Shown here piece after piece: positions 38,461 through 49,091 of a stretch of 64,000 nucleotides of DNA. The stretch comes from Alphaproteobacteria bacterium (GTDB lineage: Bacteria; Pseudomonadota; Alphaproteobacteria; UBA828): contig CAXXVO010000011.1 of NCBI GenBank assembly GCA_963422645.2, positions 1 through 64,000 of the forward strand, read 5' to 3'. The translations under genes and the position numbers were made by a program. Position 1 is the first letter of the stretch. Each line of letters starts with the position of its first letter. The notes under the pieces are model-generated. The model did no database searches. It had not been told where the DNA came from and was given only the letters and a program-made list of their open reading frames with translations.

Positions 38461-40041
38461 ATGCCGAGAGTCCTGATAGCAGACGAGGTCAGCGAGGTCG
38501 CCGTGCAGGCGTTCGCAGAGCGCGGCATCGAGGTCAGCGTGCGACCGGGGCTCGCGCCCGCGGCGCTGGCCCAAATCATCGGCGACTATGAGGGCCTGGT
38601 CGTCCGCTCCGCGACCAGAGTGACCCCGGACCTGCTGTCGCAGGCGATCCGGCTCAAGGTCATAGGCCGGGCGGGCACCGGCGTCGATAACGTCGACATA
38701 GACGCAGCAACCAAGCGCGGCATCGTGGTCATGAACACGCCCCACGGCAATTCCGTGACCGCGGCCGAGCACACCATCGCCATGATGTGCGCGCTTGCGC
38801 GGCGCATTCCGCAGGCCGACCGCTCCACCCGCAAGGGCAATTGGGAGCGCGGCCGTTTTATGGGCGTCGAGCTTCGCGACAAGACGCTTGGAGTCGTGGG
38901 CTGCGGCACCATCGGCGCCATCGTCGCGACCCTCGCCCAAGGGCTCAAGATGCGGGTCATCGCCTTCGACCCCTACCTCGCGCCGGACCGCGCCGCCTCC
39001 CTCGGCGTGGTCCTGGCGACGATGGACGAGTTGCTCAACGACGCCGACGTCATCACCTTGCACGTCCCGCTCACGGACGAGACGCGGGGGATCATCGACG
39101 CCGACGCGCTGGCCAGGACCAAGCCGGGCGTTCGCATCGTGAACTGCGCGCGGGGCGGGCTGGTCGTGGAGGCGGACCTCATGCGTGCCATCGAGAGCGG
39201 CCATGTGGCAGGCGCGGCGCTCGACGTGTTCGAGGAGGAGCCGGCGCAGGAGGACAACCCGCTCTTCGCCCTGGACGAGGTAATTGCGACCCCTCACCTC
39301 GGCGCCTCCACGGTCGAGGCGCAGGAGAATGTGGCGCACCAGATCGCGCAGCAGATGGCCGAGTACCTGCTGACCGGAACGGTCCTGAACGCGGTCAACA
39401 CGCCCTCGGTCGCGCCTGAAGACTTGGCGAAGCTCGGCCCCTACCTGACCCTGGCCGAGCAAATTGGGAGCTTTGCCGGCCAGATCGCTGAAGGCCGCAT
39501 CCGCGGCGTCACGGTCGCCTACGAAGGTCAGGCCAGCGCGCTCGATTCGCGGCTGCTCACCGCCGCCGCCCTCCAGGGCCTGCTCGCCCCGCGTCTGGAC
39601 AATATCAACATCGTCAACGCCCCCTTCATCGCCCGCGAGCGCGGCATCGCGGTGCGCGAAATCAAGAGCGCGACGACGGCGGATTATCAGACCCTCATGC
39701 GCGTGGAGGTTCTGTCGCAGGATCAGCCGCAGGCGGTGGCTGGCACGCTCATCGGCCGCGGCGGGCGGCGAATCGTGGAAGTCGAAGGAATCGAGGTCGA
39801 GGCCGAGCTCGGCCCGCACATGCTCTACTTCACCAACGAGGACAGGCCGGGTCTGATCGGCACGGTGGCCACCGTCCTCGGCGAGGCCGGCATCAATATC
39901 GCCACCTTCAACCTGGGGCGCAGGGAGCCGGGCGGCGATGCGATCGGCCTCATCGGCGTGGATTCGGTGGTGCCCGACGACGTGGTCGCCAAGCTGCAGG
40001 CCCGCGCCGCGGTCATCGACCTCAAGCGCCTGAACTTCTGA
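38461..40041 (+). CDS. serA: D-3-phosphoglycerate dehydrogenase
   Basis: GRAGTGVDN, GCGTIG, TPHLGAST and a C-terminal ACT domain. Confidence 0.95.
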   Translation: MPRVLIADEVSEVAVQAFAERGIEVSVRPGLAPAALAQIIGDYEGLVVRSATRVTPDLLSQAIRLKVIGRAGTGVDNVDIDAATKRGIVVMNTPHGNSVTAAEHTIAMMCALARRIPQADRSTRKGNWERGRFMGVELRDKTLGVVGCGTIGAIVATLAQGLKMRVIAFDPYLAPDRAASLGVVLATMDELLNDADVITLHVPLTDETRGIIDADALARTKPGVRIVNCARGGLVVEADLMRAIESGHVAGAALDVFEEEPAQEDNPLFALDEVIATPHLGASTVEAQENVAHQIAQQMAEYLLTGTVLNAVNTPSVAPEDLAKLGPYLTLAEQIGSFAGQIAEGRIRGVTVAYEGQASALDSRLLTAAALQGLLAPRLDNINIVNAPFIARERGIAVREIKSATTADYQTLMRVEVLSQDQPQAVAGTLIGRGGRRIVEVEGIEVEAELGPHMLYFTNEDRPGLIGTVATVLGEAGINIATFNLGRREPGGDAIGLIGVDSVVPDDVVAKLQARAAVIDLKRLNF

Positions 40042-40101
40042 CAGCAGCGGACCTTCGGCTTAGCCGATGGGCCTGCGGCAAGGAAACGACGGATCGACGA
40101 C

Positions 40102-41508
40102 ATGGGCCTCGGGCTGACGATCATCGCCATCGTGCTGGCGGCTCTCGCGGGCGCGGTGGTCTGCTTTGTCACACTCGTGCTCCCATCGACGCGGAGAGCG
40201 GCGCGGGAGCGGGAGGCGCGTGCAACGGAGACCGCCCGCCTCGCTGCCGCTGCCGAGCGTGTGCCAGGGCTCGAAGGAGAGAACACCACGCTGCGAGACC
40301 GGCTTCAGGACATCGACAGGAAGAAGGCGGCGCTCGAAGCGGCGTTGGAGGCAGAGCGCAAGAGCCACGAGGCGCGTGTCCAGGAACTCACGCGGATGGG
40401 CGCCGAGCTCGAGAAGAAGTTCGCGGGCCTGGCCTCGGAGGTGCTCGGCAAGAACAGCGAGAGCTTCCTGAAGCTCGTGAGCGAACGGTTCGAGAAGCAC
40501 AGCGCGGGCGCCAAGGACGACCTGGAGAAGCGCCGCGTCGCGATCGAGACCCTGGTCAAGCCGCTGGGCGAAAGCCTTACCAAGTTCGAGCACAAGGTGG
40601 ACGCGATCGAGAAGGCGCGCGAGGGCGCCTACCGGGCCATCAGCGAGCAGGTGAAAAGCCTGGCGGAGGGGCAGACGGGCCTCCGCACGGAAACCAGCCG
40701 CCTCGTGCAAGCGCTCCGGCGGCCCCAGACCCGCGGGCGCTGGGGCGAGTATCAGTTGAGGAACGTGCTCGACATGGCGGGCATGACCGAGCACGTGGAC
40801 TTCGTGGAGCAATCGACCATCGAGGGCGAAGAGGGCCGGTTGCGGCCGGACGTGATCATCCGCGTTCCCGGTGGCAAGTCGATCATCGTCGATGCGAAGA
40901 CTCCGCTCGACGCCTATCTCAGCGCCGTGGAGGCGCCCGACGAAGAGGCGCGCGAGCGCTTCATCGGCGATCATGCGCGCCAGGTCCGCGACCACGTGCG
41001 CGCGCTCTCATCGCGGGACTACTGGAAGGCCCTGCCCGAGACGCCCGAGTTCGTCGTGATGTTCGTGCCCGGCGAATCATTCTTCACCGCAGCGATCGAG
41101 AGCGATCCCGAGTTGTTCGAGAATGCCGTGCGCCAGCGGGTCCTCATCAGCACACCGACCACCCTCATCGCGCTGGTAAAGACCATCGCCTATGGCTGGC
41201 AGCAGGAGAAGCTGGCTGAGAACGCGCAGGTGGTGGCGTCTCAGGGCCGCGATCTTTACGAGCGGATCAAGGTCTTCGGTGGGCACATGGGCGATCTCGG
41301 CAAGTCACTGCGGCAGACGGTGGACCGCTACAACAAGGGCGTAGGCTCGCTCGAGAGTCGCGTGCTACCCGCCGCGCGCAAGTTCGAGACGCTGGGCGTT
41401 ACCCCAGCCTCGTCCTCGATCCCGACGCTGGAGCCGGTCGAACTCGACCCCCGCGAGGCTCAGGCGGAGGAGCTGGTCGAGCCGCCGGCCGAAGAAGCGG
41501 CCGAATGA
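40102..41508 (+). CDS. rmuC: DNA recombination protein RmuC
   Basis: N-terminal TM and coiled coil; RGRWGE, RPD, VDAK, FVVMFVP and PTTLIAL motifs. Confidence 0.93.
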   Translation: MGLGLTIIAIVLAALAGAVVCFVTLVLPSTRRAAREREARATETARLAAAAERVPGLEGENTTLRDRLQDIDRKKAALEAALEAERKSHEARVQELTRMGAELEKKFAGLASEVLGKNSESFLKLVSERFEKHSAGAKDDLEKRRVAIETLVKPLGESLTKFEHKVDAIEKAREGAYRAISEQVKSLAEGQTGLRTETSRLVQALRRPQTRGRWGEYQLRNVLDMAGMTEHVDFVEQSTIEGEEGRLRPDVIIRVPGGKSIIVDAKTPLDAYLSAVEAPDEEARERFIGDHARQVRDHVRALSSRDYWKALPETPEFVVMFVPGESFFTAAIESDPELFENAVRQRVLISTPTTLIALVKTIAYGWQQEKLAENAQVVASQGRDLYERIKVFGGHMGDLGKSLRQTVDRYNKGVGSLESRVLPAARKFETLGVTPASSSIPTLEPVELDPREAQAEELVEPPAEEAAE

Positions 41509-41530
41509 CGTTCAACAGAGACGGCTCGTC

Positions 41531-42931
41531 TCAGCACTCCGGCATGTTCACGGCGAGGCCGCCGAGGCTGGTTTCCTTGAACTTGGCGCTCATTTCCCGC
41601 CCGGTCTCGCGCATTGCCTCGATGCAGTTGTCGAGCGGCATGAAGTGGGTGCCGTCGCCCCTGAGCGCGAGCGAGGCGGCGGCGACGGCCTTGGTCGCGC
41701 CGATGCCGTTGCGCTCGATGCACGGCACCTGGACGAGGCCGGCGACGGGGTCGCAGGTCATGCCGAGATGGTGCTCGAGCGCGATCTCGGCCGCGTTTTC
41801 CACCTGAGCCGGCGTGCCGCCGAGCACTGCGCAGAGACCGGCGGCGGCCATGGCGGCGGCGGAGCCGACCTCAGCCTGGCAGCCGGCATCGGCGCCGGAG
41901 ATCGACGCGTTGGCCTTGATCAGGCCGCCGATCGCCGCGGCGGTGAGCAGGAATTCCCCGATCCGCTCCGTCTCGGCGCCAAAGCAATGGTCGAGGTAGT
42001 AGCGCAGCACGGCCGGGATCACGCCGGCGGCGCCGTTGGTGGGCGCGGTGACCACCTTGCCTCCGCCGGCGTTTTCTTCGTTGACCGCCATGGCGTAGAC
42101 GGTGAGCCAGTCGGAATAGACGTGCGGCTGGGCGCTGTTGGAGCCCTGCTCATCACAGAGCTGTTCGAAGAGCGCACCCGCCCGCCGCTTCACGCGCAGC
42201 CCGCCGGGGAGCTCGCCCTGGCCTGAGATCCCGCGATCGATGCAGGCGTCCATGGCACCCCAGAGCGCCGCGAGCCCGGCATCGACCTCGTCATCGGAGC
42301 GTGTGGCGCGCTCGTTCGCCAGCATCATCTCGGCGATGGAGTTGCCGCTTTCTTCCGCCATCCGCAGCATGGCCGCGGCGTTCTTGAAGGGGAAGGGGAC
42401 CTGCCCGTCCTGATCGTCTCCGGCGTCCTCCGCCCCCCGGGCGAGCTCTTCGGCCGTCACGATGAAGCCGCCGCCGATCGAATAGTAAATCTGGCTCAGA
42501 TAGCCCACGCCCTCGGCGTTGACTGCATGGAATTCCATGCCGTTGGGATGGCCCGGGAGCGGCGGGCCATAGTCGAAGAAGATGTGGTGGTGCGGATCGA
42601 ACACGATCGTGATGCCGCCGAGCGAAGGCAGAGTCTTGCTCCCCCTGAGGACCGCCACGTCAGCCTCGGCCTTGTCGATATCGATATCGCCGGCGCGGTG
42701 GCCGAGCAATCCGTACACGATCGCCCGATCCGTCGCATGGCCCCTGCCGGTGAAGGCCAGTGAGCCATGGAGCGAGACGTGAATTCGCAGCCATGAGTCG
42801 GGCGGCGGGTCCGTTGCGACCCGCTCCGCCAGCAGCGCGAGGAATGACTCGGCAGCCGCCATCGGCCCCATGGTGTGGGACGAGGACGGGCCGATCCCGA
42901 CCTTGAAGATTTCGAAGACGCTCAGGTGCAT
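41531..42931 (-). CDS. sdaA: Fe-S L-serine ammonia-lyase
   Basis: [27 protein letters not shown] and VPCIERN motifs. Confidence 0.96.
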   Translation of the reverse strand: MHLSVFEIFKVGIGPSSSHTMGPMAAAESFLALLAERVATDPPPDSWLRIHVSLHGSLAFTGRGHATDRAIVYGLLGHRAGDIDIDKAEADVAVLRGSKTLPSLGGITIVFDPHHHIFFDYGPPLPGHPNGMEFHAVNAEGVGYLSQIYYSIGGGFIVTAEELARGAEDAGDDQDGQVPFPFKNAAAMLRMAEESGNSIAEMMLANERATRSDDEVDAGLAALWGAMDACIDRGISGQGELPGGLRVKRRAGALFEQLCDEQGSNSAQPHVYSDWLTVYAMAVNEENAGGGKVVTAPTNGAAGVIPAVLRYYLDHCFGAETERIGEFLLTAAAIGGLIKANASISGADAGCQAEVGSAAAMAAAGLCAVLGGTPAQVENAAEIALEHHLGMTCDPVAGLVQVPCIERNGIGATKAVAAASLALRGDGTHFMPLDNCIEAMRETGREMSAKFKETSLGGLAVNMPEC

Positions 42932-45226
42932 CGTGACGATGCTCGCCGATTGGCAGGGTCCCGCTGGCTTGCAGGCGACCTTCTACCGTCAAGTGGCGAC
43001 GGCGGCGACCCGTTGCAAGACACCCATGCATGCCGCAGTCGCATGGGTGGGCCACCCACTCCTCATAGCGATCGGATCCCATAGTAATGTAATTGTCGGA
43101 TACGCGGGTGTCGGCGAAGATGCGGCGAGACCGGCGCCCGAGGGAGTCGAGACTGGCCCCTTCAGGCGCGCCGGCGCGAAGCAAGCGTCGCGCCGCGGCC
43201 AACACGGCACGCGGGCGGGACGCAGGAGGAGAGCCATGCGGCGCATCGGAGTGGATGTCGGCGGTACCTTCACGGACCTGATTCTGGTCGACGAGACAGC
43301 AGGCGCGATCACGGTCGACAAGGTGCCGTCCACGCCTGACGATCCGGCGCGGGCGGTGATGACGGGCGTGGACGCGCTCTGCGGCAAGGCCGGTGTCAGC
43401 CTCGAGGCGGTGGACCTGCTGCTGCACGGCACCACGGTGGCGACCAACATTGCCATCGAGCACAAGGGCGCCGAGGTCGGCCTGATCACGACCGAAGGCT
43501 TCCGCGACATTCTCCACATCGCGCGCCACAAGAAGCCGCACAACTTCTCGCTACAGCAGGAGCTGCCGTGGCAGTCGCGGCCGCTGGTCAGGCGCCGCCA
43601 CCGGCTCACGGTCAAGGAGCGGGTCACCGCACCCAGGGGAGAGATCGTCGTGCCGCTGGACGAGGCGGAGGTGCGCGAGCGCGCACGGGCGCTGCGTGAG
43701 GCCGGCGTCGACGCCATCGCCGTCTGCCTGCTGCACGCCTACCTCAATCCGGCGCACGAGCAGCGCATCAAGCAGATCCTGCAGGAGGAGTGTCCCGACG
43801 CCTATCTCTCCGTCTCCAGCGAAGTGCTGCCGCTCTATCGCGAGTTCGAGCGCTTCTCGACCACCTGCCTCAATGCCTATGTCGGCCCCCGCGTCGGGAG
43901 CTACGTCGGGCGGCTGGAGTCCGGCTTGAAGGACGCGGGGCTCGCGCGCGGCGTCCGCCTCATGCAGTCCTCAGGCGGCATGACGACCGCAGACAGCGCA
44001 GTCGGCGGCCCGGTCAACCTGATGATGTCCGGGCCGGTGGCAGGGCTGATCGGCGGCATCTGGGCCGGCAAGATGGCCGGCTACGACAATGTGTTCACGC
44101 TCGACATCGGCGGCACTTCGGCAGACATCGGCGTGGCCGCCGACGGCGCGCTCAGGATGCGCCACCTGCTCGACACCAAGGTCGGGGACTATCAGGCGAT
44201 GATCCCGATGGTCGATATCGACACCATCGGCGCGGGCGGCGGCTCCATCGCCTATGTCGACGAGGGCGGCATCTACCGCGTGGGCCCGCAATCGGCCGGT
44301 GCCGATCCAGGCCCTGCCTGCTACGGACGGGGCGGAGCCGAGCCCACCTCCACCGATGCGCAGGTGGCGCTCGGCCGGCTCCGCACCGACCGCGGCCTGG
44401 TCGGCGGCAGCATGACCCTGCACGCGGACCTTGCCCAGGACGCGCTGCAAGGGCTCGCGGGCACGCTCGACATGTCGTTGGAGGAGACCGCGCTCGGCGC
44501 GCTCCAGATCCAGAAGTTCAGCATGGTGCAGGCCATCGAGCTCAACAGCGTGCGGCGCGGCTACGACCCGCGCGACTTCACCCTCGTCGCCGCGGGCGGC
44601 GCCGGCCCGCTCTTTGCCTGCGACATCGCGGTGGAGCTGGAGATCCCGAGGGTCCTGGTGCCGCCGCATCCCGGCATCCTCTCGGCCACCGGCCTGCTGG
44701 CCACCGACATGCAGCACGAGTTCGTCACCACCGAGCGCCAGCCGCTGGCGACGCTCGACCGCAACCATCTGGCCGAGCGCTTCGAGGAACTGACGAGCCA
44801 GGCGCTGGGGGGGCTGGAGGCCGACGGCGTACCCGAGGGCGACCGCCTGATCCGCCGCCTCGCCGACTGCCGCTATGCCGGCCAGGGCTACGAGGTCCGC
44901 TTCGACGCGCCGACGGGCGAGATCGACGACGCCTGGATCGAGGAGCTGGCCGAGCGCTTCCATCGCGCCCACGACGCCGAATACGGCCATCGCTTCGATG
45001 CCCCCGTCGAGATCATCAACATCCGCGCGGTCGCCATCGGCCGCATCCCGGACCTCGACTGGCCGGAGATCGAAAGCGGCGACGGCACGGCAACGCCACT
45101 CTTGCGCCAGCCGGTGGTGTTCGAGGTGGAAGGCAAGGGCGAGACCCACGAGACGCCCTTCTACGACCGCGCCGCGCTTTGCGCCGGGGACCGGATCGCG
45201 GGCCCCGCGATCGTCGAGCAATACGA

Positions 45227-45859
45227 TCAGACTTCCTGACCTCTGCTGATTTTAGGTGACACGAGCCGCGCGGATTCCGAGGCCCCGTCGATGTCGTAGA
45301 CTATGCGCAGACGGGTGCCGGGGAAGACCGTTTCGGTGGCGTTCAGGTCGCTCAGAACCGCATCGATCCAACGGTCGCAGGCGTCGTTTGCGAGGCCAAG
45401 AATGTGGACCCGCAGGAGGCCATTGCCAGGATCCGGCAGGATGTCGGCATCGGCGGTGAGCAGCGCTTGAAGCAGTTTCCGGGGATGGGGCTTGTGGCCC
45501 TGCGCCTGCATGACGGGAAGCATCATGCGGGTTTCGGCGCGGTAGGCGATCATCCGGATGACGTCGAGGAGGAGGCGCTCGCGCGCGGGCAAGGCATCGA
45601 GCTGCTCGGCTTCGTCGAGGTCGCCGGCCCGGCAGTGCTTGGGCGTCTCCCTGCGGCTGGCCCTGACGATGTCGCGGACATCCTGGAGGTCCCTGACTTC
45701 CCTCCTGAGTTCCGCCGTCGGCTGCTTCTTCCGGGCCGTGTCGGCGATGCGGTTGCGCAGGCGGCCAAGCTGGCGGTCGAGGCGATGGATTGCCTTGTCA
45801 TAGGCCCGCCGCAGCGGGTTGACGACCATGGCGGCGGGATCGAGAGGCTCGAGCTCGTG
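45227..45859 (-). pseudogene. C-terminal remnant of the outer element's putative transposase (unclassified/ISNCY-like)
   Basis: The ORF ...VVNP...MIAYRAET...LNATETVFPGT...GQEV* runs into the TIR, and its stop codon is completed by the TSD base. The 5' part is absent. Confidence 0.7.
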
Positions 45860-45909
45860 TGTAGCCGGCCAGAAGTCTTTGCGAATCGCGGCCAGAAGTC
45901 TTTGCGAAT
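45860..45909. repeat. TG-initiated end with two 21-bp direct repeats (putative transposase-binding sites)
   Basis: TGTAGC followed by CGGCCAGAAGTCTTTGCGAAT at 45866-45886 and 45889-45909, exactly where the outer transposase breaks off. Confidence 0.7.
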
Positions 45910-46063
45910 GGCCTGGAAAACGTAACTACCCAGGTACCCCAATCCTGAGTTGAGGACGGTGATTATGGCGGCGGCCGCGGCCTGGTTCTGCCACCGCGAT
46001 TGGTTCTTGACCTCATAGAGTTGCGGGACTATGGACTGCTCTCTCGCGTGACGGGAGCGGTCC

Positions 46064-46729
46064 ATGGGGTATTTCGGCTCGAAGGCGACAGCAGGTCTGT
46101 GCCAAGCGCTGATTGCGCTGATGCCGCCGCACTCCGTCTACATCGAAAGCCACCTTGGGGGCGGGGCGCTGATGAAGCGCAAGCCGCCGGCCGTGCGTTC
46201 GATCGGCATCGACCGCGATGCGCAGGCGCTCGAGGCCTTCGTCTGCGACTACCCGGTCGATCTGGTTCACGGCTGTGCCCATGACTTCCTGGCCTCGTTC
46301 CCGTTCCTGGGCCCGGAGCTGGTTTACAGCGATCCGCCCTATCTGCACGCGACCCGCCGCTCGGCGCAGCGCTACCGCTTCGAGTACGAGGAGGCCGGCC
46401 ACGTCGCGCTTCTCGCGCTGCTCAAGGCTCTGCCCTGCCAGGTCATGATCTCGGGCCATCCGTCGGCGCTCTATGACGAGGTGCTGGCGGGATGGCGCCG
46501 GCTGGCGCTGCAGGTCACGACCCAGGGTCTGGTGCGAACCGAGGTCGTCTGGTTCAACTACGCCCCCGACCGGATGCATTGGGCCAGCCACGCAGGCCGG
46601 AACTTCACCGACCGCCAGCGCATCAAGCGCAAGGCAGCCAACTGGGGCCGGCGCTACCAGGCCTTGCCGCCGGGCGAACGCCTCGCCGTGCTCGCCGCCA
46701 TGATGGCCGTCGAGGCCGAAGACACGTGA
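46064..46729 (+). CDS. Dam/D12-class DNA adenine methyltransferase
   Basis: Motif X YFGSK, motif I-like ESHLGGGA, catalytic DPPY and EVVWFNY. Confidence 0.85.
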   Translation: MGYFGSKATAGLCQALIALMPPHSVYIESHLGGGALMKRKPPAVRSIGIDRDAQALEAFVCDYPVDLVHGCAHDFLASFPFLGPELVYSDPPYLHATRRSAQRYRFEYEEAGHVALLALLKALPCQVMISGHPSALYDEVLAGWRRLALQVTTQGLVRTEVVWFNYAPDRMHWASHAGRNFTDRQRIKRKAANWGRRYQALPPGERLAVLAAMMAVEAEDT

Positions 46730-48264
46730 CGGTGTCGCACTGGCACGAAGACCTCGCCGCCCGTAACGAGGCCTTCTGCTGCCTGAAGGAGCTTCTCGAG
46801 CCATCATCCCTCGCAACCACTGTCGTCGTTGCCGTCCGGGAATGGGGGCAGGGGCTGCTGCGATCAGCCACCGCGCTCGCCCGGGAAAATGCCGCACTCG
46901 AGCAGGAGAACGCGGCCCTGCGCGAGCGCATCGCCGAACTCGAGCGCAGCGCGGCCCTCAACAGCACCACAAGCAGCAAGCCCCCCGCCAGCGACGGGCT
47001 CAAGAAGAAAAGCGGAGCCCAGAGGCGCACCCAAAGCCAGCGCGGAAAGTCCGGCGGGCCCAGTGGCGGCCAGCCCGGCCACAAGGGAACCACCCTCGCG
47101 CGGAGCGACAGCCCGGACCGTGTCGTCGATCACCACCCCTCCACCTGTTCCGGCTGTGGCGTCGAGCTCTCGGACGCCGACCGGCAAGGCGCGCCCGCCT
47201 GTCGGCAGGTCTTCGACGTACCCGAGCCGCAGCCTCTCGAGGTCACCGAACACCGCGCCCATCGCTGCCTCTGCGGCGCATGCGGCACGCTGACACGAGC
47301 CGCCTTCCCGCCGGGCGTCACCGCCCCGGTCCAGTACGGCCCTCGCATCACCGCTTGGGTGAGTTACCTGCTGTACGCCCAGTTCGTGCCCGAGAAGCGT
47401 CTGGCCGAACTCATGAGCGACATCTTCGCGGTGTCCATCTCCACTGCCACGATCGCCGCCATGGGCCGGCGCACAGCGCAGCGCTTCGAGGGCTTCCTCG
47501 ACCATGTCGCCGATCTGATCCGCACGCAGGCGCCGGTCAAGCACCTCGACGAGACCGGCCTGCGTATCGCCGCCCGTACCCGCTGGCTCCATGTGCTGTG
47601 CACCCCGTTGCTCACCGTCCTGCGCATCGGCGAGGGACGCGGCGATGTCGAAAAGAACCTGAAAGGCATCCTCGTCCACGACGACTTCGCCCCCTACTTC
47701 ACCATCAAGGGCGTCCGCCACGGCGCCTGCAACGCACATCACCTGCGCGAACTCCAGGCCCTGATCGACATCGAGAAGGAGGAATGGGCGGCGAGCATGC
47801 ACCGCCTGCTTCAGCGCGCGCGCAGGGCCGCCCGCTTCGCCCGTGAGAAAGACCGTCAAGTCCCCGCCTCCCTGGTGGCCCGCATCTCAAGGGCATGGGA
47901 CCGTATCCTCGAAGAAGCCATCGCCTTCCATGAGGCCCAACCGCCGCTCCAGATCGCAAAGCGAGGGCGAAAGAAACGCCGCATCGGCCACAACCTCGCG
48001 CGCCGCCTTCAAAAGCATAAGGAGGGCTGCCTGCGCTTCCTCACCGACCTGCGCACGCCGTTCACGAATAACGAGGCGGAGCGTGACATCCGTATGAACA
48101 AAGTGCATGAGAAGATCTCAGGCGGCTTCCGCTCCCTGCAAGGCGCCTGCAACTTCGCCGGAATGCGCAGCGTCATCGTCACCGCTCGAAAGCAAGGCTG
48201 GAACATCCTGCAAATCCTGGCGCACCCGGAACCGATGCAGCTGATCCCTATACTGCGCTCCTGA
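46726..48264 (+). CDS. tnpC: IS66 family transposase
   Basis: SSKPPASD, CxxC, HLDETG, CNAHHLREL and TNNEAERDIR motifs. GTG start overlaps the methylase TGA. Confidence 0.93.
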   Translation: MTVSHWHEDLAARNEAFCCLKELLEPSSLATTVVVAVREWGQGLLRSATALARENAALEQENAALRERIAELERSAALNSTTSSKPPASDGLKKKSGAQRRTQSQRGKSGGPSGGQPGHKGTTLARSDSPDRVVDHHPSTCSGCGVELSDADRQGAPACRQVFDVPEPQPLEVTEHRAHRCLCGACGTLTRAAFPPGVTAPVQYGPRITAWVSYLLYAQFVPEKRLAELMSDIFAVSISTATIAAMGRRTAQRFEGFLDHVADLIRTQAPVKHLDETGLRIAARTRWLHVLCTPLLTVLRIGEGRGDVEKNLKGILVHDDFAPYFTIKGVRHGACNAHHLRELQALIDIEKEEWAASMHRLLQRARRAARFAREKDRQVPASLVARISRAWDRILEEAIAFHEAQPPLQIAKRGRKKRRIGHNLARRLQKHKEGCLRFLTDLRTPFTNNEAERDIRMNKVHEKISGGFRSLQGACNFAGMRSVIVTARKQGWNILQILAHPEPMQLIPILRS

Positions 48265-48544
48265 ACTTCTCCGGCTCATCCTGAGTATCGCTGTCCTCTC
48301 ATCTTGTTCGCGACGCGGCGTTCATCATCCTCTCGCGCTCAAGAGAGTAGGCACCCCCGCGGCGTGGGGGCGTTGACGCAAAAGGAACTGGCTTGTTCCA
48401 TAAGAGAGAGGGGGTACCTGGGCAGTTACTGGAAAACAGGCTGATTTTCGGGGCTGATTCGGGCTGGAAAAACGGCCTCTGCATCGGCCATGCACGGGCC
48501 GTTCAGGGGCGCGGAATTCGGTGTGCACGGCCCCTGCAAGGGTT

Positions 48545-49087
48545 CTATTCCGCCTTCTCCTCCGCCTCGGGCGCGGGGGGCTGGGCGGGCCCGGCTTCGG
48601 GCGGGCGCCAGTGTCTGTCGTCGGCTGCGTCGAAGCGCTCGAGCGCGCCCGCGTCCATGGTTTCGATGCGCTTGCGGAGCGCGCGGCAGAGCCGGCGCAG
48701 GCGGTCGCGTTCGGCGTCCTGCTCCTCGGTGGCGGCGCCGCGCAGCCGCCGTCTGGCCTCGTGCTCCCAGCTCCTCGCCCCGTAGGCCTTCCGGATGCGG
48801 CGGGTTGCCTCCCGGTCGACCCCTTGCGCCCTTTCTTGCCGGAGGTCTTCGGCGGCGGCGCGCTCGCCCGCTTCGGCGATCATGGCCCATGCCGGCTTGG
48901 GGCTGGCGTCCGGGTCGGGGCCGTAGTCCGGCAGGCCGGGGATCGGGTTCCAGCCGTAGGCCTTCCATGTCGCCTCGTCGAACATCGTGTCGATGCCGCC
49001 GGGGAAGGAGCCCGGCAGGAAGCCGTGGGGCGGACGCAGGCCGTCGTGCGCCATGAGCCGGCGGATCGCGTCCTGGATGTCGATCAC
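48545..49087 (-). CDS. Hypothetical protein, possibly a phage tail-fibre chaperone-like protein
   Basis: Lies 4 bp downstream of the oxygenase. PKPAW plus helical region plus terminal DDRHW resembles small phage tail-associated proteins (recollection only). Confidence 0.5.
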   Translation of the reverse strand: MIDIQDAIRRLMAHDGLRPPHGFLPGSFPGGIDTMFDEATWKAYGWNPIPGLPDYGPDPDASPKPAWAMIAEAGERAAAEDLRQERAQGVDREATRRIRKAYGARSWEHEARRRLRGAATEEQDAERDRLRRLCRALRKRIETMDAGALERFDAADDRHWRPPEAGPAQPPAPEAEEKAE

Positions 49088-49091
49088 CGTG

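Larger units (their letters stand above)
45922..48429 (+). mobile_element. IS66-family transporter element carrying a DNA methyltransferase
   Basis: TIR GTAACT(A/G)CCCAGGTACCCC (18/19). 8-bp TSD TGGAAAAC at 45914-45921 and 48430-48437. Confidence 0.95.

Noticed and set aside
42932-43235. Glycine or other riboswitch between sdaA and the hydantoinase gene
   Set aside because: No recognisable aptamer consensus. The AT-rich core looks like divergent promoter DNA.
45866-45909. Two 21-bp direct repeats as a CRISPR array
   Set aside because: Only two copies, a 2-bp spacer and no cas genes. They fit transposon end repeats better.
46064-46729. Methylase as part of a restriction-modification system or as a prophage dam/mom gene
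   Set aside because: There is no cognate nuclease, and the gene lies inside the IS66 TIRs and TSD rather than in the flanking DNA.
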